Position numbers and translations under genes: made by a program. The notes beneath the pieces are model-generated. The model had not been told where the DNA came from. It made no database searches and was given only the letters and a program-made list of their open reading frames with translations. From the NCBI RefSeq assembly GCF_006345805.1, contig NC_042998.1, forward strand, positions 159,464,001 to 159,528,000: 64,000 bases of DNA, given 5' to 3'. The DNA comes from Octopus sinensis. Its lineage: Eukaryota. Positions 1 through 12,039 of this stretch are shown piece after piece. Position 1 is the stretch's first letter. The number at the start of each line of letters is the position of its first letter.

Positions 1-432
1 CGGATGGTGATTCGACGATTTTCCCTTATAGATGTACGATTATCTGCAATATTTTTCTCACTTCTACTGGTTGAGGTTCCCCAGAACGTTCATCAATATC
101 GAAATATTTTCCGGCTATCTTGGAAACATCTGAACCACTCGTACGCTTGTGTGCGACTCATACACTTTTCTCCATAAACTTTCTGCAACTTTGCGTAGGC
201 CTCTGAGCAGGCATCGCCATGACAGTTTTCTCTGTCATGGCCAATGTAACGATCACTCGCTACACACCTTCCTTCCAAGCACTGCTGTAAGCATTTGAAG
301 TGAGCTAGAATGTTAAAACTTAATACACATGCACAGCAGAGTTTAAGATCAATCTGTGTCAAGCAACTTCACTCTGAGTGCTTTAGCTCCATTACTATGG
401 CAACAGTCCGGATATATATTGATCTGACCTCG
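1..432 (-). mobile_element. mariner-family DNA transposon, 5' end (window-truncated)
   Basis: Minus-strand decayed HTH segment (AYAKLQKVYGEKCMSRTQAYEWFRCFQD); about 200 bp terminal region matches the long TIRs of the element at 17469-18336; TA at 433-434. Confidence 0.85.
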
Positions 433-1771
433 TATTCTTATATCTATCCATAATTTGGCCATTCATATTATATGAAATACAAGGATGTCATCTCTGTATA
501 AGGTTTAGAAGTTGTGTTTCTTGGGGGTGGCCAGGATAGGTAATGTAACGAGGTCTGCTACCTTAGCCCCATCATAACTCCCCTGAGAAATGCCCAGCAA
601 TGAGCACTTTCCTTTTTGATCAAGCATGTATTGTCATAATATTGTACTGATTTTTAGTATGTATGATTATTCTAAAATCAGGATCACTAATCCTAATGTG
701 TAGGGGTTTCATGAGGAAATGATTTCAATTTGGAAAATTAGAAATCCACAATATCAGACCAGGCAAATCTACAAGTCACTTTGCTTACAACACAGCATAA
801 TTATTTGATGCAGTTTCATTGAATCCTTCTGATAACAAAATTGATGGCATCGAAAATACGCTTGTCTACTATCGCTAACCCATTTTTATCAACCTAAATT
901 TAGAGTTGAAGAGGAAATTAGATTCATGGTCTCAAGGGTGATTTAGGTGGAGTATGACTAGATGACCCATATGTTTTTTCTTCTGATTTTAACAGAAGGG
1001 CTAGCCCCCTTTGCTCTGTTATTTGATATTGCGGGTGTTAGATATCCTGTATGCTTTGGAAATGTTATTAGATAAGAGCTCGATGTTTTTGCACTAGTTT
1101 CATGTTTTTTTTTGTTGTTGTTTTATTAGCAAAGAATGTCTACATTCAAAGTTGTTTTTTTTAATGTGTTGTGTCATATAATTATTGAAAGTAGCAAAGA
1201 AATAATTGGCACAGTATCAAAATTTTACTCTTTTAATCAGATTAATCAATTGGTTTAAAAGTTCTTGAGGTCATTTATCCGACACTCTCATGGTTTGAAA
1301 CCAAATTTATATGTGGATGATGAAAGGTTCTTGTTCTCAAAGAATTATGACTACCTACTCTTCAGCAAATACAGAATATAAGCAAACAGTATATTTTAAG
1401 AACTTGTAGCTTCCTCCATTTATATTGACAGCATTTGAATGACTAGATGTGACTTTACATCTGTGAGTGATGCAGATTTTAGTCACAAAGTTTTGAAACA
1501 AATACTAAACCTCGATGCCATGTATTGCGTGCTCTTTCCTTTCATTTATATACTCATCTGTATTTATGAGTGTGTGTGAGTGTGTATCTGTGAGTGTCTC
1601 TGTGTAAGTATGTCTGTGTCTTTGCATGAGCATGTGTGTGACTGTGTGTGAGTATGTGTGAGTGTATGTGTGATTTTAAGCTAAAATTATATTAACTGCC
1701 ACTATTAGTTTCACGTTTTACTGATTTTCAAGCGATCACTGGAATAAATTAAGCAATATCGTATTTATACA

Positions 1772-2632
1772 TAGTATAACTTATACAAACCCTTGAATAA
1801 GCACGTAACCAATATAAAACTTTTTAATGTGGCTGGAACATTCACCCGTTTGTCTTTTTGATATGTGACCGCACAAAAGATGAATTTTTTATTCACGTTA
1901 TTTAAAGAAAATCTTTGATTTCTTTTAGACCGTAAATGAATTTATTATGCGGCTGTTTGGTTTTCAGCCATCAGGTAATTCAAAATATTCTAATAAATAT
2001 TTTGATATCTGGTGACAAAAAAATTCAACTTTTAACTGGTGTTCAAGATAAAACGGAATATCTATTTTCTCTTTAAGGTAAAAGTCAGGGCTGTTATTAT
2101 CCTGGTTATAAGGTTTTGTGTGTTGATAGTTTTATAGACTTTAACATTGTTATTATATGTATTTTAATAAACTTGGGTCCAAAGATCCTTCCGGATTTCT
2201 AAATGAATATTGATGCTGATTAAATCGTCCTTTAAATTTATTTTTAGTTAACCCAATATGATCTTTTGAAACTGAATTATTAACCGTAAATAGATTTGCA
2301 CAATAAAGTATTGATTTTTAAACACTTGAATTATTTAATGGGCAATTTACAAGGTTAAGACAGTTACATGAACGGGAAATATTAGCAGTGGATGGTTGAA
2401 TTACCCTACTGCTTAAAACTGAATAGTCACGTAATAAATTCATTCATGCCCCTAAAAAACTAAAATGTTCTTTAGTTAATGTGATTTTTTTTTTAAATTG
2501 CTTTTTTCATTATATTTCAAACATACAAGTAGGTGAATATCAGATAGCCTCCTACAATAAATGATGTTCCAGCAACATCAAAAAGTTTTATATTGTTAAC
2601 GTGCTTATTCAATGGTTTTTATAACTCATACC
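1772..2632 (-). mobile_element. 5'-truncated Penelope-like element with inverted terminal arms
   Basis: Minus strand about 2400-2000 reads SCNCLNLVNCPLN...HIGLTKNKFKGRFNQHQYSF (GIY-YIG); 1772-1841 is inverted at 2564-2632; decayed hammerhead-like fold at 1938-1981. Confidence 0.75.
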
Positions 2633-4479
2633 ACATAGAAATAGAAATGTGTTTTATTCATTACACACACAAACACTCGTATACACATATACATACATAT
2701 GTATGTCATATACACATGCAAATACATACATACACACATGCATATATGCATAAACACAAATATGTATGTATGTATATGACTGTGTGCTAGTATAGCAAAG
2801 ACAAAGAATGATAAACTAAATACTATATGAAAAAATTCTTGGTTTGTTGAAATCAACTATCCTTTGAGTGAAAGTAAACAAACATGCTCCTAGAGGTAAT
2901 TACTACTGATTCTATATAAGATCAAGGAAACTATACATACACACAAATACGCACATGCACACATACACACAGGCACAAATACACACACTCGCACACATAC
3001 ACACACTCGCACACATGGAGAAAGAAAGAGGGAGAACAATTTTCTTTGCAAATCTGATCCCATCTTTTTTCCTTTTTTTGGCTAGAATGATTAATGCAAA
3101 TTCAGACAGTTGTGTAACACCTTTGTTATACCATTGTTACTTGATGCATTTCTAACTGTTAAACACTCAGCAAAGAAAAAAAAATGAAAGTTGTCAGCTA
3201 CATTGATTAAAGCAAATAGCTTAATACTAGTAGCTTAATAGTAATGATTGAGTTAGTAACAAGGTTTGAAAAACTGAACGAATATTTATGTAGTCAACTC
3301 ATTTATAGCTATTAAATCTATCTATTATGCATATGAACTGTTATAATATATCCTCTATAGCATAGGTATGTATTTATATTCCACACACACACACACACAC
3401 ACACATACGCACACACGCGCGCATACGCACACACTCACACACACACATATACAAGCACACACACTTGCACACATAGATATACATTCCAAGAGGTGCTACA
3501 TTTATTTATGTCTGTACATGTGCATTGATTTATATCTGCATATATGTGTATCTATATATGTATGGATATATGCAGATATGTGTGTTTATAGTTTTATGTG
3601 CTTAGATCAATGTATATGAATACATATGTATGACTGCGTGAGTGTATATATATATTATATGTATATATATATATATTATATATATATATATATATACACA
3701 TACATATACATGCATACACACACACACACATTAGGTCTAGCATAATTTTACAATAAGATTTTAAATGGTTCTACCCCTTATTTTATATATTACTACCTAT
3801 ATTTCTATTTCTTCAGGGGTTTTCTTTCTGCCATAAATTCGATTTTTTTTTCTTAGTGACAACAATAATGTAAGCTGAAATTAGAGTAACCTTCAACCCT
3901 ATTGAATTTTTAAATATTTACAATATCTATATCACTATATAGACATAAAGCTAACCTTTTGACTCCCAGCTTAGGGAATTTGAGTAAAAGTTTATTCTAA
4001 GGAATACAAAACCATAAATTTAGATACAATATGCTATAAATATCTTTTAGTAAACTATAACCCAACCTTTGAACTTCCAGCAGAGCAAAAGATCTAAGGT
4101 CATAAGTTTAAACATACCTAAATAAATTTCAATGAAGAAAAGGTATTCAATTATAATAGAGTGGTTTTAGTTCTAGCTGCAATACAATACACACCTAAAA
4201 ATATCATTACCCACAATTTCACATAATTCACATCTTATCCACCCTGACACCCTTAACTTTGAACCCTATTTAAACTCTAGATATTTCTCTTGTCTCTAGA
4301 GTAATGTGGCTAAGGATGAAATTCAGATTAGACAGTCAACTTTGATATAATAAATAAATATGAAAGTATGTATTTATGTATGTATGTATGTATGTATATG
4401 TATGTATGTATCTATCTGTGTGTGTGTGTGTGTGTGTGATGGGCTTTCCAGTTGAAGATGATGTATGAGTGTTCAGCTT

Positions 4480-4728
4480 TTACCAAACAACCAGCACAAA
4501 CGATTTGTTTATAGTGATTAAATGTATGTGCCATACATTAGCTTGCTCCCTCCATCAAATTGACATTTGCCTGAACAGGTGCATGGTGTATCACATGTCA
4601 GGTGTCGAAGTGGTCACAGAGCAACGTTACTTGAAGTGATTTGCTCAAGAACACAGTGCACCACCCAGTCTAGGAATTGAAACTATGATCCTGTGATTAT
4701 GAATGCAACATCCTAATCACAAGGCCAT
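4480..4728 (-). mobile_element. tRNA-derived SINE fragment (related pieces at 30500-30640 and 53075-53190)
   Basis: Degenerate A/B boxes followed by a gtgttcttgagcaaatcac CORE/V-like motif on the minus strand; recurs in the window. Confidence 0.6.
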
Positions 4729-5265
4729 ATATTTGAAAAGATTTGTAGAGGTAACACACGGAGTAAGTAGATATTTATGAAAAACAAGAATGAAAATGCT
4801 ACTTTCTTAAAATTGGGTACATTTTAATTTTCCTTTTATATGTTTCGGTTTTTGAAGAACCTTATGAAAAATATGTACTAAAATGGAATATGTAATGAAA
4901 AAAGAACTATTAAAAAATCAAATCAAAATTTAATTTAAGATTAACATTCATAGTCTACTTTCCTTTTTCCTGCAAGAACACGTGATAATATTCTTTGGTT
5001 CTGGTAGCATGACAAGTTCAACTGACTGTGACCGCAAATTACTACTCTCTGTCTTTGTAAATTGAATAGTGTGGTCAAGACTTGTTTCCAATGGCTGTAG
5101 CCATTGAAGCCCTTGTCTTTATTTCTTAAACACACACTCACCCATATAAACATATACATACATGCATGTACATACACCAGCATAAATATATATATATATA
5201 TATATATACAAATATATACGCATACATGTACACACACACCTGCATATATATTTATATATATTTAT

Positions 5266-8200
5266 ATAATATATTAATAAATAAAATAAAACATATGCAT
5301 ATATATAAACATATATGTACGTACCTACCTCTACATGTACATATACACGCATGTATGAGTACAGGACACCAAAAGGATGTCGAACTCAATGAGAAACGAA
5401 AACATAGACACAAACCAAAGGAACTGGACATTTATTTAAAAACAGCAAAAAAAGAATAGAGTACAGGACAATTAACACAAAGAAAACCCCCCTTCTTCAG
5501 TCGCTAAAGGTTTCATCTACTCTACGTTTCGAAGGATAAAAGCGAGACGTATCTTCGACAAGAAAACTTTCCTTCCTGCGAAAAGCAAATCAATTAAAAT
5601 TCTCAGATCTTTTCGCAGAGGGGTAAAAAATGGTAACAACAGGACAGTAACGACAGTACAAATTGTAAACAGTAACAGACAGGACAAGGAAAAACAAGAT
5701 AAGAAGGGCTATTGACGCCGAACGAAAAAAAGTATTGCAAACGCAGAATTTTTTATGGACGACGAGCGGAGCAAAAGAGAATGTCGTCCATTACCTTGAG
5801 AGAGTCAGGCGAGAGAGACAGCAGCGGAAGTGACGTCGCGGGTGAACGACGGGAAGGCGGAAGTCACGTCGCGGGTGAACGACGGGAAGGGGGGAGGAGG
5901 AGCAAGAGAAAGGGAGAGAAGAAGGGGAATGGCTGCGAGGAAACCATGAAGAATGGAGAGGGAGAGAGAGAGAGTGAAGAATGAGAGAGAGGAAGAGACA
6001 AGTTAAGCAGAGGAAAAGGAAAACAAAGAATGAGGGCTGAGAAAGGGATGGGACAGAAAGGTGAAGAGTGCGCGTGAGTGTTAATATCAAGAACAAAAAC
6101 TTGATATAAAGAACAATCTCGCTTGATGGGGTGCGTGCGTTTCATCATATAATATATTAATAAATAAAATAAAACATATGCATATATATAAACATATATG
6201 TACGTACCTACCTCTACATGTACATATACACGCATATATGAGTACAGGACACCAACAGGACGTCGAACACAATGAGAAACGAAAACATAGACACAAACCA
6301 AAGGAACTGGACATGTATATATGTATATATACATATGTATACATATATATACACACACATATATACATAAATACACACATACACACTTATGTATTCATAT
6401 ACATATATGTATAAAAAGTCTCAGTGTTGCTAGTCTAGAGAATTTAGACTCGGTTGATATTTTCTTATGAAATGCATTTCCTTGCTAAGGCGTTCATTTT
6501 GGCTGGCATTGTCTTTGAATTTGTACAGTGGAAACGTTGTGAATTTGGGAAATTTGTTGGAAGCACATTCATTGATGTGCTGGCTGAGAGGTATTTTCCT
6601 GTATTCCGGAATTCTAATTTGAGATTTGTGCACCGCTATCCTCTGACATAGGCTATTTTTTATGTGTCCAATATATTGCCGTTTACATCCCAAGCACGTA
6701 TTTAAGTAAATCAAGTTCTCCAATGCATATGTAAAATTAGTTTTTATGGTGTTCTAATCGGTGTTCTGATCTTTCTATTATGTTGATACAAATCCCACAG
6801 TTGGGTCTCCCGCATTTTTTTATTGTTGACTTAGTGGTTATTGTTGAGTGCAATTTGGCCTGGGTTAAAATCTTCTCCATTGATTTTGGTTGTCTCTTAC
6901 TTTTAAAGATTGTGTGTGTTTTAAGGATTTGATTTATCTTTGGGTCTCTCTTGAGTAGAGCTGTGCTGTGGAGTATAGTGTTGAAGGCCACATTGTTATG
7001 TAGGTTGTGTGTGGAAATGTAATTTTTCTTCCTTCTTTGGTCTTGGTTGTCTAAGTTCTTGTGTATTTAATTTAAGTACTTATTGGATTATATTGTCGAT
7101 TAAGGGTTGTGGGTAATTCCTACTGATGAGTGTGGTTTTCAATTCCTGGAGTTGTGTGTTATGGGTGTTTGCATCTGATACTATTGTGCGTATTCTTTTG
7201 GCTAAACAAAATGGGATATTCATCCTGGTATGTCTTGGGTGGCAAGAATCAAATGGCAGGTACTGTTTTAAGTCTGTGGGTTTGTAATAGATATCTTTCT
7301 CTGTTTTGTTCCCGACTTTCTTAATAAGGATATCTAAAAATGGTAGTTGTTCCTGGTTGTACTCTATCGTAACTTGAAGGTTTTCTTTCATTCCATTTAG
7401 AAGTGTTTGGAATTCGTTAAGTTTTTCTATACTTTCATTCCAGAGGATGAAGCAGTCATTGAGATAGCTTTTCTAGTTGTTTTGAATGTTGGTGGAAAAG
7501 GAGTTTCTGTAGTTCTCGAGCATTCTCTGGTATAGTTTAATCTCAAGATAGCCCATTATTAGGTTCACAAAAGAAGGTGGAGTCTGTGTTCCCATTGCTG
7601 TCCCCGATTTTTGTTGGAAGTAGTCGTTAAATATAAAATAATTGTTTTCTAGGATAAATCATAGTCCTTCTATTATGAGTTCCTTTTTAATGCGAGGGGG
7701 AGTTCATAGGTGTACTTGTCTAACCAGAATGTGATAGCTTCTATTCCTAGCATGAATATAGGTTGACTATGTCGAAGGATACTAGCAGTGTTTTCTCACT
7801 GACCGTTTTTGGGAAGTGGTTTAGCATGTCCAGGTCATCCCTAATGTAGCTCTTGATGTGATTGAGTAAGGGTTTCAGTAGAGTGTCCAGGAAGTTACTG
7901 AGGCAGTGGGTTTTGCATACTGAACCTGCTATTATTGGTCTTAGTTTCAGGTCATCAGGTAAGGGGACCTTGATGATTATGTCTGTAGCTTCTTTGCATG
8001 CCTCGCTTATTATTCTGCTTTTGTGGATTTGGGGGATACCATAGAATAAACTTGATTTACTCTTGAAGTTGGTAATGTAGTCATATTCCTTGTCTATGAG
8101 TCCTTCTCGGTATGAGTTAATTAGTGTCCTGAGATTATTCATTATTTTATGTTGGCTATAGTGGTGGGCCTTTTCGTAATATGTCTCATCCCCTAATGGA

Positions 8201-9535
8201 GATAGTATTAGATTTTTATAGTCCCACGTGTTCATTAGGACTACTGCGTTACCTTTATCTGCCCTTTGATTGTTATGGCTTTTAGTTCGTTAAGGTCGTT
8301 CCATTCTCTCTTGTTGAAGTTTGGTCTGTGTTTTTGATTATCTGTGAGTTGAAAAGGGTAATTGGTATGTCCTCACAGAATTGGTCAACGGCTTTATTCT
8401 TTCCTTTTGTAGTGGTGTACCTGCTGCTATTTCTAACTATTGAATCATCGTTGATATGTTTGTCATAAAATTCCTCGGCTAGACTTAATTTTCTACAAAA
8501 CTCAGAAATATCGTCTTTCATGGTAATTTGGTCGTTGTGGGGTTAGGGTTAAATTTTAGCCCTTTGGATAGTATATTTATCTGGTTGGGTGTAAGTTCTT
8601 TATTAGAGAGTTTTACTATTTTAATTACCTGTGGTTTCTCTGGTATGTCTGGTGACATCGTGTATCCCTGTTTCTGTGCACAGGGTCTAAAAAATGGTTG
8701 GTTTGGTTGGGTTTAATAGTGTCGTTTATCTGTCTCCTGTTGCTATAATTTTTATAGTGGGTTTGTGGTATACTATTTTGTAGTGTGTTTTTGAACTTCG
8801 TGTTCCATCTTAGTGTTTCAGGTATGTTATGTTGGTAGTTGTTTCTTCTGTAGTGGGTTTGTTGTTCGTTATGGTTGCATGGTGGGTTCCTAGAGAATTG
8901 GCTTCGTTGACGTGTTTTAGTTGGGTTATGTAGATTGTGGATCCTAAAATTAAGTGGGGTATCCCTGTAGGTGTTTCATGGTGCATTTATGTAGTATGGG
9001 GTACATTCAAAATGTCTTTCTCGGGAGGGAAGTATGTTCGATTTTCTTGGTGGTTGTTCAGTTATGATAGACTGAGGTTTTGTTTTTCTTAATTTTAGGT
9101 TGGGGTTGTTGGAGATGTGTTCATTTTTGAAGTTTGTTTTGTAAGTCAAAAATATATACATACATTCATACATACATACATACAAACATACATACATACA
9201 TATATATATATATATATTATATATATATATATTATATATATATATATATGTTAATAAAAGAACATATGCATATATATAAACATATATGTACGTACCTACC
9301 TCTACATGTACATATACACGCATATATGTGTACAGGACACCAAAAAGACGTCGAACACATAGAGAGACGAAAAACAAGACACAAACCAAGGAACAGGACA
9401 AGAAAAAAAAGGGGAGTACAGGACAATGAGCACAACGAAAAAACCCCTTCTTCAGTCGCTAAGATTTCATCTACTCTACGTTTCGAAGGATAAAAGCGAG
9501 ACGTATCTTCGAAGAAACTTCCTTCCTGCGAAAAG

Positions 9536-9538
<3 letters not shown>
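5266..9538 (-). mobile_element. Near full-length Penelope-like element with direct pseudo-LTR repeats
   Basis: RT plus GIY-YIG reading frames flanked by three same-orientation copies of a terminal repeat (5266-5600, 6147-6313 partial, 9250-9538). Confidence 0.92.
6430..9135 (-). pseudogene. PLE reverse transcriptase / GIY-YIG endonuclease ORF, frameshifted
   Basis: ADKGNAVVLM, LRPIIAG, SFDIVNLYS, GTAMGT, LPFLDILI, YYKPTD..YL..DSCHP, CGRPNCGIC, LIYLNTCLGCKRQYIGHIKNSLCQRIAVH and RKYQPSLN motifs in order, interrupted by stops and frameshifts. Confidence 0.92.
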
Positions 9539-9569
<31 letters not shown>

Positions 9570-10039
9570 GTATGTATGTATGTATGTATATGTATATATT
9601 ATTTTATTCTTTTGTATGTTTCAGCCCTAAGGCTGTGGCCATGCTGGAGCACCATCAGTGTTATCACCTTTTAAATGGCCAATCTTATATGATTGGCTTT
9701 TGGTGAAGAAGGGAGTTCGACACTGTTATCCTCTATATTCATCATTATTATCATTTAACAGCTGCTTTCCATGCTGGGATCTCTTTGACAGTTTGACCAG
9801 ATCTGGTAAGTTGGAGCTGCACCAGATTCCAGCCATCTATTTTGGCTTGGTTCTTATACCATTCTTAACATCAACTACTTTACAGAACGTACTGAGTCTT
9901 TTTTTTTTTGTATCACCAGTGCAGGTGCTCTTTTACATGTCACACATATATACATACAGATACAAACACACACACAAGCATATACACTTACATGAGTACA
10001 CATACGCACACACACATATGGATATATGCATCAGCATAG

Positions 10040-10470
10040 TGCAGGTATGGCTATATGGTTAAGGAGTTCAATTCTGAATCTTGAACTTTCAGGCTGAGTC
10101 CTACTGTAAAGCACCTTAGACAAATATCTTCTTTTATAGCCTTGGGCTGACTGAAGCTTTATGAATGTATTTAGTAGACAGAAACTGAAGTGTGTGTGTG
10201 TGTGTGTGTGTGTGTGGTTGTGTGTGTATGTGTGTGTGTTCCTATTTTGATATCAAGTAATAGAAGTAAATGAGTCTCACTATCATAAAAACAATGTCCT
10301 CTGTTTCTAATGTTCCATGTAAACATGTCCAGTCATGTAGAAATAATAACTTGTTGGGACACAGAGTGGCTATAGCAACAGGAAGGGTGTCCAGCCTTAT
10401 GAAATCTGCCTCAATGAAATCCATGTAAACCATACAAGCATGAAAAGTGGATGTCAAAATGATGTTCATG
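10040..10470 (+). mobile_element. Composite SINE: tRNA/CORE-like head, (TG)n, RTE-like tail
   Basis: Head resembles the other CORE-like SINE heads in the window; tail has the caggaagggtgtccagc and catgaaaagtggatgtcaaaatgatg motifs shared with the RTE 3' ends. Confidence 0.6.
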
Positions 10471-10529
10471 AATAATGAATGATTTTACACACACACGCAT
10501 TTATATAGTATATTGTGTTGCTGCATGCC

Positions 10530-10720
10530 ATATCATCATTATCGTCAACATTTGACATGTTTTCCTTGCTGGCCTGGGTTGGATGGCTTGACAGGAACTA
10601 GCAAAGGCAGGGGCTGTACCAGTTTCCATACACTGTTTTCGCATGGTTTCTACAGCTGGATGCCCTTCCTCATGCCAACCACTTTATAGAGTGTACTGGG
10701 TGCATTTTATGTGGCAACAG
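10530..10720 (-). mobile_element. RTE-type 3' end fragment (similar short pieces near 9720-9850, 28330-28450, 41985-42150, 53280-53450)
   Basis: Matches the ctggatgcccttcctaacgccaacc terminal motif and (cat)n tail of the RTE copies at 14346 and 21966. Confidence 0.7.
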
Positions 10721-11486
10721 CACCCACACTAATTCTTTTTATATGGTGCTTAAATAGCACTAAATGGTTTGACATCAGGAAAGGCATCTAGCTGTAAAGC
10801 TCTGCTTCCAAAAGTTGCAATAAAACAATACCAGTCTGATAAAGCAGCTAAAAATGGTAATGGTGGTATATTATTGGCTCTCCTCAGAACATTCAAATTA
10901 TGACTGACCATGGGTGACATCCTTGAAGTGGCATTTATCATTTAGAAGTAGCACTGCTTGTGGCTGAAAAGACCAAAGTGGGAGTGAAATTTTCTTTTGC
11001 AGAAATCAAATCTATGAGCTTATTTGTTAGTTTGTGCCGCTGTTCTCCCTTCTGTACACCAGCTTTTTTACAGCAGCATCCATCCTCTTCACTTTTCCCA
11101 TTTTCTCATAATTATTGGATATATCCACTCCATCTTACATGTTCATCTGTACAACTCTCCTGGTTTCTATCCAAAGGATTTTTTTAACCCAATATTTACA
11201 TGCTGTTATTTATAGATTTATCTATTTCAAGTTCCAACATTAAAAATCAATTATATCACATCTCTCAACGTTTCTAAATTCTTATAACTCCAACATCATA
11301 CCATTCTCACTAGTAAGAACAAAGCTTCTAAAATGGATAGAGAAATTCAAAGGTTTACTTTGGTACATTGGTTGAACATTTGTCATGTATACATCTGATG
11401 TGGATTTGAGTCACAAAGGCAGCCTTTGAATTTTTCTGTCCATAGGGATTTTAACCTAATATTTATATGCTATTATTTTTAGCTGT

Positions 11487-11690
11487 ATTAAGGTGGCAAG
11501 CTGGCACAATTGTTTCCACACATTGAGTCTGTCTTTACATTCTAAGTTCAAATGCCATCAAGGTTGACTGTCTTTCATCCTTTTGGGATCAATAAAATAA
11601 GTACCGGTTTAACATTGTGATCGATTTAATCAACTTATCCCCTCCCCTGACATTGCCAGCCTTGTGCCAAAAATTAAAATCGTTATTTAT
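11487..11690 (+). mobile_element. tRNA-derived SINE with Deu/Nin-like central domain
   Basis: ggtggcaagctggcacaat A-box, gttcaaat B-box, ctttcatcc..gggatcaataaaataagtacc core; same family as the many copies at 51935-60600. Confidence 0.7.
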
Positions 11691-11874
11691 AGCTGTATTT
11701 ACTTATTTACAGCTGTATCCACTGTTAATAACAAATTATTATCATCTCTTGAAGTTTCTAACTTCTTATGATGTATGTGTGCATGTTTATGTGTGTATAT
11801 ATATATAACTGTTGGATTCAACTCTTCCACATTACTTAATATATTGTGGGTATGTAGGACTCATGCATCTTGTC

Positions 11875-12030
11875 AGATGTTCAGAGAACACTGAAGACAT
11901 TGGAGGAAGTTCAATATGGCTTCCAGAAGTTTATTAGTGAACTGTGAACATGTGGTTGTAATGCCACCAGAGACATCCTTCATCTGGAGACTCCACAACC
12001 AATAAAATAACTGCCTTAGCATCAAAAGGA
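11875..12030 (+). mobile_element. Possible CR1/L2-like LINE C-terminal fragment
   Basis: TLEEVQYGFQKFISEL resembles the LE.VQRR.TK.I..L motif; heavily decayed. Confidence 0.35.
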
Positions 12031-12039
12031 AAGTTCATG

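Noticed and set aside
790-1400. Possible minus-strand PLE remnant with a hammerhead-like UAUUU-UCGAUGC...GAAAC-UGCA-UC-AAAUA at about 790-850
   Set aside because: The core, stem II and stem III all need several corrections and the protein motifs are too faint to support a call.
3795-3830. CUGAAGA-AAUA-GAAA-UAU-A on the minus strand (stem II-less hammerhead?)
   Set aside because: Only 2 bp of stem I and no PLE context; likely chance in AT-rich DNA.
4941-5127. 61-codon minus-strand frame (KGFNGYSHWKQVLTTLF...) as a terminal exon
   Set aside because: No recognisable domain, weak acceptor next to a microsatellite.
10802-10900. VAIK motif suggesting a kinase exon
   Set aside because: No other kinase motifs or splice sites; GNGGILLAL fits a decayed LINE endonuclease better.
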